Assembly: GCA_965116885.1 (NCBI GenBank)
Contig: OZ220741.1
Span: 1,280,001 to 1,344,000 of the forward strand
DNA: 64,000 nt
Direction of reading: 5' to 3'
Source: Candidatus Latescibacterota bacterium
GTDB lineage: Bacteria > Latescibacterota > UBA2968
The notes under the pieces were generated by a model. The model had not been told where the DNA came from and did not search any database. It was given only the letters and a program-made list of their open reading frames with translations. Each line of letters begins with the position of its first letter. The stretch's first letter is position 1. The translations under genes and the position numbers were made by a program. Shown here one piece after another: positions 30,012-40,029 of this stretch.

Positions 30012-31922
30012 ATGTTTCTCCGAAGAAGATTCGCCATTTTTATAACTTTAATTGGTGTTTTAGGTGTTTATCTGGTGCTCGATTCCCGGTTGGTGACCGG
30101 CGAAGATACTTATGAGCAATTGGGGCGCGGTTTTGATGAGATTAACGAAGCCTACCGCCTGCTCTTCAACCAGTATGTCGATGAGCTGAAGCCAGGGGAT
30201 TTGAGCAAGGCTGCCATTTCCGGAATGTTGTGGGATCTGGATCCTTATACGACCCTTTTTGATAGCAGTGACCTCAAGCAACTTCAGATCGAAACACAGG
30301 GCAAATTTGGTGGGCTGGGCATTATGATCAGCAAGCGAGGAAAGGATGATGGGCCTCCGGTTGTGATGAGTGTTATTGAAGGCACGCCTGCCGACTCCAC
30401 CAGGCTCGTTGTGGGAGATCGCATCGTCGCGATTGACGGGGATCCGACTTTTGACAAGGATCTGCGCGAAATTGTCGATGTTTTGCGGGGTGATCCTGGC
30501 GCTGGCGTGACCATTAAAATTGAGCGACCAGGGATGGTGGAACCCTTTGATCAGCCAATTATTCGAGCGCGCATTGACATTTCAAGTGTACAAATTCCGG
30601 GCGAAGTCGATCCCGATATCGGTTATATCTCCATGTCCTGGCTCAGTGCTTCTCGATTTACTGAACGCACAGGAGGAGAGTTGCAACAGGCATTGATAAG
30701 ATCGCTCAATAATGGTGCTACGGGGATTATCCTGGATTTGCGCGGCAATCCGGGAGGCTTACTCAACGCGGCGGTTGATGTGGTCGATAAATTTTTGCCA
30801 TCTGATCGCCTGGTCGTGTCAACCAGAGGTCGCCTTTCGGATCAGAGTCGCAGTCACAAAACGCGCGACGACTCTATATTGCCCGCCGAAATTCCACTCG
30901 TGATCCTGGTTGACGAGCGCAGTGCCAGTGCATCAGAAATTGTCGCAGGGGCAATTCAGGATTGGGACCGGGGGGTTATAGTGGGCACGCAAACATTTGG
31001 AAAAGGCTCTGTACAAACCGTGCGCCAACTGGGACATCAGGGCGATAAGGCTTTGAAGTTGACAACAGCAGCCTATTATACGCCGAGTGGGCGCAGCATT
31101 CACAATGCTGAGAAGCGCCGATATCGCGGTGGGCCCATTGAGATTACTGTGGGAAATTCAACACAGGTCTCGGCGTATGAACTCTTTGGTATTATTGGTC
31201 AGGCTGAACGGCGCGAAGATGTTATTACGGAACTCGAGGAGAGATTTGATCTGGACAAGGACCTGGCTGAAGAAGTACTTGGCATGCGGTTGGAAGGGTT
31301 GTTGGGTTTGGCTACCAAAGAGCATAATGGGCCTGAAGATATCGATCCCGAAAAGGTATTTACAACGCGCGTGAATAAGCGCAAAGTTTATGGCGGCGGT
31401 GGGATTAAGCCCGATGTGGTGGTTGAACAAGAACGCAGGCCACGGCTGGTGATAGCATTATTGCGCGAGGGGTTGATTTTTGATTTTGCGGTTGATTTTG
31501 CAACAAGGCAATCATTTCCCAATCGGTTTGAAGACTACACCTTGCCCGAAGATATTGTTGCTCAATTCTGGACTTTCATGGCAGATTCAGCCAATGCCGA
31601 GGGTTTTGACTATAAAACGGATACAGAAATTCAAGTGCAAGAGGTCAAGAAATCACTAAAAGAGAAGGATGTATTGACAGACGAGACCATAGCCGCACTC
31701 AATCAATTGTCACAGGCTGCCGAGCGCGAGCGCGAAGCCGATTACAATAAGGCCGAGCCGTATATCCGTCTGGAGATTGAACGGGCATTAGCCAATCGCG
31801 TGTGGGGCACCAAGGGCAAAATTTTAGCGACGCTGAAGGGTGATAAGCAGTTTCAGGAGGCTGTTCGTCTGTTAAAGGATCGGGCTGTTTACGCTCAAAA
31901 ATTGGCGTTGGTGGAAGAGTAA
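30012..31922 (+). CDS. S41 carboxyl-terminal processing protease (PDZ)
   Basis: LDPYT, GGLGI PDZ loop, DLRGNPGG, SASASEI, TFGKGSVQ, YYTPSGRSI. Confidence 0.93.
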   Translation: MFLRRRFAIFITLIGVLGVYLVLDSRLVTGEDTYEQLGRGFDEINEAYRLLFNQYVDELKPGDLSKAAISGMLWDLDPYTTLFDSSDLKQLQIETQGKFGGLGIMISKRGKDDGPPVVMSVIEGTPADSTRLVVGDRIVAIDGDPTFDKDLREIVDVLRGDPGAGVTIKIERPGMVEPFDQPIIRARIDISSVQIPGEVDPDIGYISMSWLSASRFTERTGGELQQALIRSLNNGATGIILDLRGNPGGLLNAAVDVVDKFLPSDRLVVSTRGRLSDQSRSHKTRDDSILPAEIPLVILVDERSASASEIVAGAIQDWDRGVIVGTQTFGKGSVQTVRQLGHQGDKALKLTTAAYYTPSGRSIHNAEKRRYRGGPIEITVGNSTQVSAYELFGIIGQAERREDVITELEERFDLDKDLAEEVLGMRLEGLLGLATKEHNGPEDIDPEKVFTTRVNKRKVYGGGGIKPDVVVEQERRPRLVIALLREGLIFDFAVDFATRQSFPNRFEDYTLPEDIVAQFWTFMADSANAEGFDYKTDTEIQVQEVKKSLKEKDVLTDETIAALNQLSQAAEREREADYNKAEPYIRLEIERALANRVWGTKGKILATLKGDKQFQEAVRLLKDRAVYAQKLALVEE

Positions 31923-31929
31923 ATATCTT

Positions 31930-33225
31930 ATGATGTCATTGCCCAATATTATTTTTATTCTTTGTGATGATATCGGCTATGGCGATCTGGGTTGTTATGG
32001 GCAAAAGGTTATTCCCACCCCCCGCTTGGATCAGCTTGCGTCGGAATCTATGCGGTTCACGCAGTGTTATACCGGGTCTCCTATCTGCGCGCCATCTCGG
32101 GCGGTTTTGATGACGGGTTTGCACAGTGGACACACGAGGGTGCGCGACAATATGGGCATTGTGGGCGGCGTTGGAGAGCAGAAACGGGTGCCGCTCGAGC
32201 CGGAGGATTTTACGGTTGCCGAGATGCTCAAGGAGGCGGGATATACCACTGGGATAACTGGCAAATGGGGATTGGGTGAACCCGATACGACGGGTATTCC
32301 CACCCGCAAGGGATTTGATGAATGGTTTGGCTATCTCAACCAGCGCAACGCGCATTCGTATTATCCGCCTTTTTTGTGGCACAACGAAGAGAAGGTCATT
32401 CTCAAAGGCAATCTGGACGGCCAGGAGAACGACTATTCTCACGATATGATTTTTGACTTTGCCCGTGACTTCATTCGCAACAATAGCGATGGTCCGTTTT
32501 TTTTGTACCTGCCGTGGACATTGCCGCACGGAAGATATGAGATTCCCGATGCGAGTGCCTGGGACGATAAACCCTGGACAGATGACGAGAAAGTTTATGC
32601 GGCGATGATTACAAAAATTGATACGCAAGTTGGACAGATTGCGGATTTGTTGCGCGAACTGGGGATAAAGGATAATACGCTTTTGTTTTTTGGTTCTGAC
32701 CATGGCGCCGCGCGCCGGTGGGAACCATTTGGCAGTTGTGGTGCTTTGCGCGGGCAAAAAGGGACGATGTATGAAGGCGGTTTGCGCACGCCGATGATTG
32801 TGCATTGGCCAGCGCGTATTCCGGCAGGTACTGTGAGCGATCAGGTGTGGTATTATGCCGATTTTATGCCTACGGTTGCAGACGCGATCGGCATGGATGC
32901 GCCAGATAATATGGATGGCGTGAGCATATTGCCGACGCTTTTGGGTGAATCACAGGATCTTGGGGAGCGCTTTTTGTACTGGGAGCGCTTTGGTGGAGGA
33001 TTCAAACAGGCTGTGCGCTGGAAAAACTGGAAGGCCGTGCGCAATCCATCGCCGCGGTTGCTCGACGAACCGCTTGAGTTGTACGATCTGGACGGGGATA
33101 TTGGCGAGGAAAACGATGTCGCTGCGGATCATCCGGATGTGATCGCCGAAATCGAGAGCTTTATGAAAGGTGCGCGGACAGACTCCCCTAATTGGCCGAT
33201 TGGCGTCAAGGGGTCTCAGGGGTGA
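31930..33225 (+). CDS. Arylsulfatase
   Basis: DDIGYGD, CAPSR, GKWGLG, YEGGLRTP. Confidence 0.92.
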   Translation: MMSLPNIIFILCDDIGYGDLGCYGQKVIPTPRLDQLASESMRFTQCYTGSPICAPSRAVLMTGLHSGHTRVRDNMGIVGGVGEQKRVPLEPEDFTVAEMLKEAGYTTGITGKWGLGEPDTTGIPTRKGFDEWFGYLNQRNAHSYYPPFLWHNEEKVILKGNLDGQENDYSHDMIFDFARDFIRNNSDGPFFLYLPWTLPHGRYEIPDASAWDDKPWTDDEKVYAAMITKIDTQVGQIADLLRELGIKDNTLLFFGSDHGAARRWEPFGSCGALRGQKGTMYEGGLRTPMIVHWPARIPAGTVSDQVWYYADFMPTVADAIGMDAPDNMDGVSILPTLLGESQDLGERFLYWERFGGGFKQAVRWKNWKAVRNPSPRLLDEPLELYDLDGDIGEENDVAADHPDVIAEIESFMKGARTDSPNWPIGVKGSQG

Positions 33226-33401
33226 TTTCTTTATTCGGTTAATTTCGATCAGGCCTTCCGGCAATATGAAATGACAAATGACAGGTGTCATTGCGGCATG
33301 ATTTTAGCCGCAATCCAGCTATCATTTTTAAAAAGAGTAAAACGCTTTGGTGTTATGCCAGAGCGTTTTTGTTTTCTGTTTACAAAGTTGACGATTCAGT
33401 A

Positions 33402-35153
33402 CTATTGGATACGTGCCTTAATTTCCTTCCAAATTACGTTTGCCCGTGCCTTAAGGTACTCCTCATATCGGTCCTTAACCGTCCCGTTATCCTCTATAAG
33501 TTCGTCATAAGGGACAAAATGGGACTCAATACGGTTCTTCAACTGCTCATCCGTTAGCTGATCATTCTTTTTTATATCGTCCAAGTACAATGCAGGTTCT
33601 TTTCCGCCCAGTATGATGTTGGTGGATTTTCCAATCAGGACAGTATTGAGACCATGATTGATGAGATCAGAACCAACTATTCCACCGTCCACCAGCACCT
33701 TTCGTGGAAATACATGATGTTTGTCAAGTTGCTTTTCTTGCTCTAAATCTCTGATTTGGCCAAGTGTCAATCGTACTTCCGTAATCCAATCCAAGGAACG
33801 ACCATTATCGATGGTAAGGGCTATAATAGCCTTACCAGAAGAAGATGATCTTCCAATAGGCTTATTCTGATTACATAAGTCTTTCTCTCCAATCACCTGC
33901 GTGTCCTTAAATATGCGCGCATTTCTTTTTATTTTTTTTCCCTCTTTTATATCTTTAAGATTTTCTCGAAGATCTTTGAAGTCTTCGTATAAACTATCGT
34001 TCGCCTGTTTTTCATAGCGGTCTGAAAAGAAAGACCACCAAAGATACTTAGTTAGAAGTTTTCTAGCTGCTGCCTTATTAATTGTATGAATACTATCAAA
34101 TTCGTCGTATAAAGCGGCGATTACATAGACGGGTGGCATACGTGGAAGTATGCCTTTAGTTGGAACGCCGTTGTCTTCCAAAAACTGTAGTGTAGTGTCA
34201 AGATTAGACTCGACCATATCCGCGTTCTCTGTTCCGGTAATAAAAAGATAATCCAGTGCCTTGCGAAAGTTGTTGTCCTTGGGGGGCAGACCACCCTTCA
34301 AACACGCAATCTTCAATAGGCAATCGCCTATCTCTGGAATCCAGCGTTCTTTATCATTATAAAAGTAGTGTTTAATCCTATCACGCTCTTCGTGGAATCG
34401 CTGAATGCGTTCTCTCAGTTTAATGTCTGTTCTAATATCCAGTGCTTGTGCAACAGCTAAGTCAAATGCCGTAACTATGACTGACGAACTGTTTGTTTGA
34501 ACAAAAATAGAGGCAGCCTCATCAACACCAATCCCTTTGAACTTGGCGAACCAGATTTTGTACTCTTCCAGTGGTGTTTTTAATTCATTTTCTATAGAAC
34601 GTCGCAGATCTCCAGCACTTGAGGAATCTTTGGGTATGGCCTTTTCGCACCACTCTTCTACACCAGACTTTGAGTCGTGGGCTGGCGGGTCATAGAGAAT
34701 ACTCACGGGGATTACGTTGTCCGAGAACTCGTCTTGCGGATTAATATCTTCCTCAGAACTCTCTGGTCGATGTATCACCTCTTTTATTTTCATATTCTCG
34801 TTTTGCAAATCTTTAACTTTTATGTAAAATCGTCTTTTACCTTCCCCCATAAGTCCTTGCCAGAGTGATGTTAGCCGCTGTTGACCGTCCAAGATAAGAT
34901 TTTTGGCGTTCTCTATGTAGACGTCATTGCCTTGTATTTCTCGCTTACCGAATTCAGGTCCCGATTCGACCAGCAATATGGTCCCTGTTGTTTGTCCTCG
35001 AAGGACAGCTTTCAGAAAGCGTGCTGTTCGCATGTCGTCCCAGACGCGACTCCGCTGGAAATCGGTGAGGGCGAGTTCGCCCTCCGCCATTTCGTCCATC
35101 CAGTCTTTGACCGTCTTGTCTGTATAGTCTGGATTCATCATAGTGTTCTCCAA
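33402..35153 (-). CDS. GmrSD/SspE-like protein: DUF262 NTPase domain plus C-terminal HNH-like nuclease
   Basis: DFQRSRVW, LILDGQQRLTSL, F..TN; C-terminal DKHHVFP...N...N. Confidence 0.85.
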   Translation of the reverse strand: MENTMMNPDYTDKTVKDWMDEMAEGELALTDFQRSRVWDDMRTARFLKAVLRGQTTGTILLVESGPEFGKREIQGNDVYIENAKNLILDGQQRLTSLWQGLMGEGKRRFYIKVKDLQNENMKIKEVIHRPESSEEDINPQDEFSDNVIPVSILYDPPAHDSKSGVEEWCEKAIPKDSSSAGDLRRSIENELKTPLEEYKIWFAKFKGIGVDEAASIFVQTNSSSVIVTAFDLAVAQALDIRTDIKLRERIQRFHEERDRIKHYFYNDKERWIPEIGDCLLKIACLKGGLPPKDNNFRKALDYLFITGTENADMVESNLDTTLQFLEDNGVPTKGILPRMPPVYVIAALYDEFDSIHTINKAAARKLLTKYLWWSFFSDRYEKQANDSLYEDFKDLRENLKDIKEGKKIKRNARIFKDTQVIGEKDLCNQNKPIGRSSSSGKAIIALTIDNGRSLDWITEVRLTLGQIRDLEQEKQLDKHHVFPRKVLVDGGIVGSDLINHGLNTVLIGKSTNIILGGKEPALYLDDIKKNDQLTDEQLKNRIESHFVPYDELIEDNGTVKDRYEEYLKARANVIWKEIKARIQ

Positions 35154-36013
35154 ATACGATTAAGCAGATCGTCTACCAGTTCGCCAATCTCTTCGAACTC
35201 CAAGACGCCAATCTCTCTGGACGCAGCGATGTTGCTGAATCGGCGCAGTACTTTTGTCAATCTGCTGGCAGTTCGTAAAGGCGTTTTTGGTTTCGCCTTA
35301 AAGTGCTTCGCCAAGCTGTTGACGAAAGCGTCCTGTACATCTACTGATCCAAACACTGATCCTCTGGACACAATCATAGTGACCAGATTTTCCCAGTATT
35401 GCTGATTGGTTCGAACAACATCCAATAATGCTGCCCTATCCTCGACACCATCCCGTTTAAGGATCCGGGCAACTATTCGTTCCCGCCACCATGCACGTCC
35501 GAATGAAGGATTCACAAAGACGCTTTTGTTCCCACGTGCCCCAGGCAATCCGCTCATTCGTCTGATTACAGTTCTTACACAGTCATCAATGCCCTTAGCA
35601 TCCTGAGTAACAAGAGCTCGGTCAATTCTCTCGTCTCCACCCTCAGTCCTCCCTCCATTCGCTGCAAGCCAGTACGGTTCAATCCCATCTGATCTAATGT
35701 GTTGCAACGTGACTCCAGCCCAAAAGGAAATCCGGCAAGCTATCCTTGGAGGTACGTGAGACCATATTTCATACGCCGCTTGTTCCTGGTCTCTGGTCAG
35801 ATCCTTAAAAGATTGTTCAGTAAGGGGACCGGGAAATAGCTCCACGATTTCACCAGAAGTTTTGGAAACTTCTTTATCCATGAAGGACAAAAAATCTTCG
35901 CTGTCTTTCACTGCAACGAGGAAGTCACGCTGGTAGTCACTACCTTTTTCGGACAGCAGATTTTTATGCAGACGGGTGAATTCACCTTCATTGAGTTCCG
36001 CATAATTAGTCAT
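35138..36013 (-). CDS. Uncharacterised protein (DUF6339-like by recalled pattern)
   Basis: Coupled ORF in operon; FWAGVTL and GRAWW motifs; family call unverified. Confidence 0.55.
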   Translation of the reverse strand: MTNYAELNEGEFTRLHKNLLSEKGSDYQRDFLVAVKDSEDFLSFMDKEVSKTSGEIVELFPGPLTEQSFKDLTRDQEQAAYEIWSHVPPRIACRISFWAGVTLQHIRSDGIEPYWLAANGGRTEGGDERIDRALVTQDAKGIDDCVRTVIRRMSGLPGARGNKSVFVNPSFGRAWWRERIVARILKRDGVEDRAALLDVVRTNQQYWENLVTMIVSRGSVFGSVDVQDAFVNSLAKHFKAKPKTPLRTASRLTKVLRRFSNIAASREIGVLEFEEIGELVDDLLNRIWRTL

Positions 36014-36015
36014 CT

Positions 36016-36876
36016 TTATTCTATGTCTCCATCGGTAACTTTATGTGGATAAAGAGTCGTTGCTACGAATTCTGGATCAAAGTCAGCATTTGCCCAGTGT
36101 CCCAATTCTTTTGATTCCAGTGATTCTGTGAGCGCACGTAAATTGGGATAAGACTCCCACCCTTCTTCTCCATCGTCCTTGGCAAAATCCTTTTTCAAAT
36201 GGGCAAGAGCAGCTGAGACAATATGTGTCATGATATTCGCGCGTGATGTCTCTTGTCTGTGATGTTGTAGTTGGGCAAACAAATTTTGGGAAAGATAAAC
36301 CTTGAACTTGAAACCATCCAAGCTACTTGGTTCAACTTTGAACACACCGGATTCATAGTCTTCCCTCGGGCAGAAGTCCAGGAGTCCAAGGACACCGGAT
36401 TTTAGTGCGAATGTTGAACAGACCGCTACCCTCGAACCCTTTGGCAGTTGTAATGTCTTGCCGTTCCAGAGTGGGTTCACACCATCTGTTTCTGCATCAA
36501 TAGTGTGTTCGATGTCAGAGCCACTCACGATCATCGGGGTGAACAGAGGGTGTGCGCCGAGATCGTCAGGGTCCCATTCAATCATTTGCATCGGCACATC
36601 AGAAACATGGAGTTCTCTATATGCAGAGACAGGTGCTGCCACCGAGCAAACAAAACGAACCTTACCTGTATGGATCCAGTTTGTAATCAACCCTGCACCC
36701 TCAACTTCATGAGTCAGTGAAAATGACCGGCCCGGCTCTTTGTGTTCCAAACTAACCGAATAGACACCATTCTCAAAGCTACTGTTTCCCGCCTCCAAAA
36801 CAGGCCAAGAAAAGGCACGAGTCGCTGATGCCGGATCCGATGTCCGAATACTAATTTGCATTGCCATTTGAGGCAT
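36016..36876 (-). CDS. Uncharacterised protein of the defence-like operon
   Basis: 286-aa ORF overlapping the upstream ATPase gene; N-terminal WPVL motif, beta-rich N-half, helical C-terminus. Confidence 0.7.
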   Translation of the reverse strand: MPQMAMQISIRTSDPASATRAFSWPVLEAGNSSFENGVYSVSLEHKEPGRSFSLTHEVEGAGLITNWIHTGKVRFVCSVAAPVSAYRELHVSDVPMQMIEWDPDDLGAHPLFTPMIVSGSDIEHTIDAETDGVNPLWNGKTLQLPKGSRVAVCSTFALKSGVLGLLDFCPREDYESGVFKVEPSSLDGFKFKVYLSQNLFAQLQHHRQETSRANIMTHIVSAALAHLKKDFAKDDGEEGWESYPNLRALTESLESKELGHWANADFDPEFVATTLYPHKVTDGDIE

Positions 36877-38869
36877 TCCTTTCGCTTATAGATTGAGGTC
36901 GATGCAAATCTACTCTAAGCACGGGAATATCTACCGCGTTTTCGATATCTTCTGGCAGTTCGTATTCGACCACTAATTCATAATTTATCCCTGCCGATAG
37001 TCCGTGTATTCGTATAGACCTTCCATCGTCTTCCAACTTCCCGCTTGGTTCTGGTGTCCCGTTTGTGTTAAATTTAAACGATTTAAGTAGCACATTTTCA
37101 TCTGTCCAAATCCGATCACAGGTCGCATCTATGTTTTCGTCGATACGCAAAGTCAGATCCACTTCGTCAAATGATTCAATACACTCTAACGAAATGATAT
37201 GTTTCCCAGCACCATCAGGGATGACCGTTGAACGAAATGGTAGCGGACGAGATCTTGTTTGGCTATTCTTGCTGCTACTCTTTTTGTTATTTCCGCCTTT
37301 GTTCCCCTTGCCATCTCCTTCAGGTTCGTCTTTTTCTCCGTTTGGCGTAAATTGTCTTTGGCTAATACGCGGACGTTGAACCACAACGGGCGTACCCCAC
37401 ATCGAAAACTGTTCTGTGCCGGAACCGTTGCTGTTGCCCCCGGTTGCTACCCAGAGATAATCGTCTGGTGTGTATTCCTCAGTCCCGATTTCAGGTATTT
37501 GATCTCTGATTTTATCCGCAATTTGTTGTATTGCCGCTTTTAAGCGTTCTTTTTCTTCTCGTGACAAACGGCTGAATGCGAGTTCATCGTGCATTGGCCC
37601 TTCAGCATTGCGGACAAGGCGGTGCAAGTTTTTGCCTTCTTTCGCATTTAATGCCAGAACTGCGTGAAATGGCTGTCGGTTGGTAAAGTCTGCCCGACTC
37701 AAGCCTTGGATATAGTCGGTGATCCACATGCCATTGCGGAAAAGGTCAACACGAGTGTTTTCTGTTGGCGAGGGTATGAGCAATCTGACATCTACATCTC
37801 CCTCTTTAGTGTGGACCAGGAGCCGTTCTCCCTGTAGCGTCTGATAAGCTGAGTAGGCGTTTTGTCCAGATGGCCTAAGTCCTTCAAAAAAAGAGCCTTT
37901 TCTGTCCGCCCGAACGCGGTCCTTGCTTTGCTCCAAGACATCACTAAGGGTATCTTTGTTAAGTCGCTGGATGCCGCGTTTTTTATTTTTTTTATGTTTC
38001 TCCTCCACCTCTACGACGAGGTGCCCTTGAAAGATGGCGGCATTGAAGTTATAAGCCGCAACCCTTGACACGATATCCCAAAGCGATAAATCGTTATCAT
38101 CGCCGAAGTAGTTGAATGCAGGGATCACAACGATAGAGCCATGTCCCCACTTAGATTTAATTTTTCTTAGATCCGCGGCAATTCCTTTAGGGATATATCT
38201 ATCACTTATAAAGTTGTAAATTTTGCCATCTTTCCCACTCCCAAATCCTTTGACGAGATAGCCTTGTGCTGCATACGGAAGTTTCTTACCCGAACGACTC
38301 GCTAATACCGCGCATCCTGAAACGGTGCGTTGACCGCTTTTCAAAACTCCTCCATAAAGCACATATCGGAGAGCAGATGCAGGTATTGATGCAAGATGCC
38401 CAACCCCATAGGAACCGGATGCCTCTGTAGATTTGGCACTCGCCCCTTGGCCAAGTAGCGAAGTCATTCTCTTCTCGTCGAGACCGATCCCATTATCAAG
38501 AATCGACAAGGAATAGTGCTTATTTTTTTTCAGCCGATCCAGTGCATCTTCAATGTTATTGACCACTTGTTGCGCCGCGTCGGATAACTCACCGTTCCCT
38601 TTGTGATCTTCGACTGCTGCTCTAAAGTGTTCCTCATATCCTTCAATGTCAGGGATGTCGCTTCTACCGATTTTAGTAACTCGAAATCGAACAACCGCTG
38701 TCTTCTCACCTGCCTCTACTGCGGCGTCCAAAGAGTTTTGAATAAGTTCTCTGACGATTCGAGATGGACGAAGGTCGTTAAACGATGCCGTGTCGAGTCC
38801 GGTGAATCCCGTCATTGATGTCGTCGAACCAAATTTTAGTTTTGGACCTCTTCTTTGTCTGCGTTTCAA
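36851..38869 (-). CDS. GHKL/HATPase-like ATPase domain protein
   Basis: N box RELIQNSLDA, G1 box DNGIGL, G2 box GSYGVG; TTG start 3 nt after the desulfurase stop. Confidence 0.8.
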   Translation of the reverse strand: MKRRQRRGPKLKFGSTTSMTGFTGLDTASFNDLRPSRIVRELIQNSLDAAVEAGEKTAVVRFRVTKIGRSDIPDIEGYEEHFRAAVEDHKGNGELSDAAQQVVNNIEDALDRLKKNKHYSLSILDNGIGLDEKRMTSLLGQGASAKSTEASGSYGVGHLASIPASALRYVLYGGVLKSGQRTVSGCAVLASRSGKKLPYAAQGYLVKGFGSGKDGKIYNFISDRYIPKGIAADLRKIKSKWGHGSIVVIPAFNYFGDDNDLSLWDIVSRVAAYNFNAAIFQGHLVVEVEEKHKKNKKRGIQRLNKDTLSDVLEQSKDRVRADRKGSFFEGLRPSGQNAYSAYQTLQGERLLVHTKEGDVDVRLLIPSPTENTRVDLFRNGMWITDYIQGLSRADFTNRQPFHAVLALNAKEGKNLHRLVRNAEGPMHDELAFSRLSREEKERLKAAIQQIADKIRDQIPEIGTEEYTPDDYLWVATGGNSNGSGTEQFSMWGTPVVVQRPRISQRQFTPNGEKDEPEGDGKGNKGGNNKKSSSKNSQTRSRPLPFRSTVIPDGAGKHIISLECIESFDEVDLTLRIDENIDATCDRIWTDENVLLKSFKFNTNGTPEPSGKLEDDGRSIRIHGLSAGINYELVVEYELPEDIENAVDIPVLRVDLHRPQSISERNASNGNAN

Positions 38870-38871
38870 TT

Positions 38872-40023
38872 TTAGGCTCCTATCATAGTTTTAAGCGCAC
38901 GGCACAGTATCTGACTCGCCGTGTCAACTTGTTCTTGTGTCGTGAAGCGCCCCATGCTAATCCGAACACCACTGGAAGCGATTTCTGGACCAACGCCAAG
39001 TGCCATCAGTACGTGGGATGGCTTCGCTGAACCCGTGGAACAAGCGGCTCCCGTCGAGATGGCAACCTTATCCGAGACCACATCTACAAGATGTTCTGCC
39101 AGTATTCCGGGAATACCTATGTTCAGGTTCCCCGGAATACGGCGTTCCTTATGGCCGAATATCAACAAATCGGGAAAGTTTTTAGACATCTTCGATTGGA
39201 GACGTGCGGTTAGGCTACATAGATGCTGGGCATCCTTGTAATACTCGGCATCAGCAATCTCACATGCCTCACCGAGTCCAACCACAAGCGGAGTCGCAAC
39301 AGTCCCTGGGCGTATTCCACGTTCTTGTGATCCGCCCGTTAGAACAGGTTCTATACTCAGATCGGGACGATTGCGAATATACAACGCGCCGACTCCATTG
39401 GGACCATAGATTTTGTGCCCAGAGAGACTCAGCAAATCAACCCCCAGTTCGTCCACATCAACCTTGATCCGACCTACCGCCTGAGTAGCGTCTGTATGGA
39501 TAATTGCTCCGACAGCGCGACAGCGCGCGGAGATTTCAGTAAGTGGCTGAATGACGCCAATCTCATTGTTGGCCAGCATCACTGATACCAGCAACGTCTT
39601 GTCACTTAGCGCGTTTTCCAACACGGACAGATCAAGTAAACCATCATTCAGAACAGGTAGGATTTCGACATCAAACCCATGGCAGCCGAGCCATTGAACA
39701 GTATCCAAAACGGCCGGATGCTCCGTCGCCAGTGTGATGATTTGTCTGCGTTTGTTGGATGCTGCCGCAATTCCACGCAACGCAAGATTGCAAGATTCAG
39801 TAGCCCCGGAAACAAAAATAATCTCATTGTCATCCGAACCAATGAGATTAGCCACTTGGCTTCGTGCAAACTCAACAGCTTCTCGCGCTTCCCATCCAAA
39901 GGTATGCCCTTCGGAGTGGGGGTTGCCAAAAGTCTCTGTCCAATAGGAGGCCATAGCATCCCGCACGCGGGGATCCAATGGAGTCGTCGCTTGGTAGTCC
40001 AGGTAAATTGGCATCTTCGACAC
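38872..40023 (-). CDS. Cysteine desulfurase (IscS/DndA-like)
   Basis: YLDYQATTP, NNEIG, DATQAVG, SGHKIYGP (PLP Lys), STGAACS (catalytic Cys); 383 aa without the IscS C-terminal tail. Confidence 0.93.
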   Translation of the reverse strand: MSKMPIYLDYQATTPLDPRVRDAMASYWTETFGNPHSEGHTFGWEAREAVEFARSQVANLIGSDDNEIIFVSGATESCNLALRGIAAASNKRRQIITLATEHPAVLDTVQWLGCHGFDVEILPVLNDGLLDLSVLENALSDKTLLVSVMLANNEIGVIQPLTEISARCRAVGAIIHTDATQAVGRIKVDVDELGVDLLSLSGHKIYGPNGVGALYIRNRPDLSIEPVLTGGSQERGIRPGTVATPLVVGLGEACEIADAEYYKDAQHLCSLTARLQSKMSKNFPDLLIFGHKERRIPGNLNIGIPGILAEHLVDVVSDKVAISTGAACSTGSAKPSHVLMALGVGPEIASSGVRISMGRFTTQEQVDTASQILCRALKTMIGA

Positions 40024-40029
40024 GTTGTA

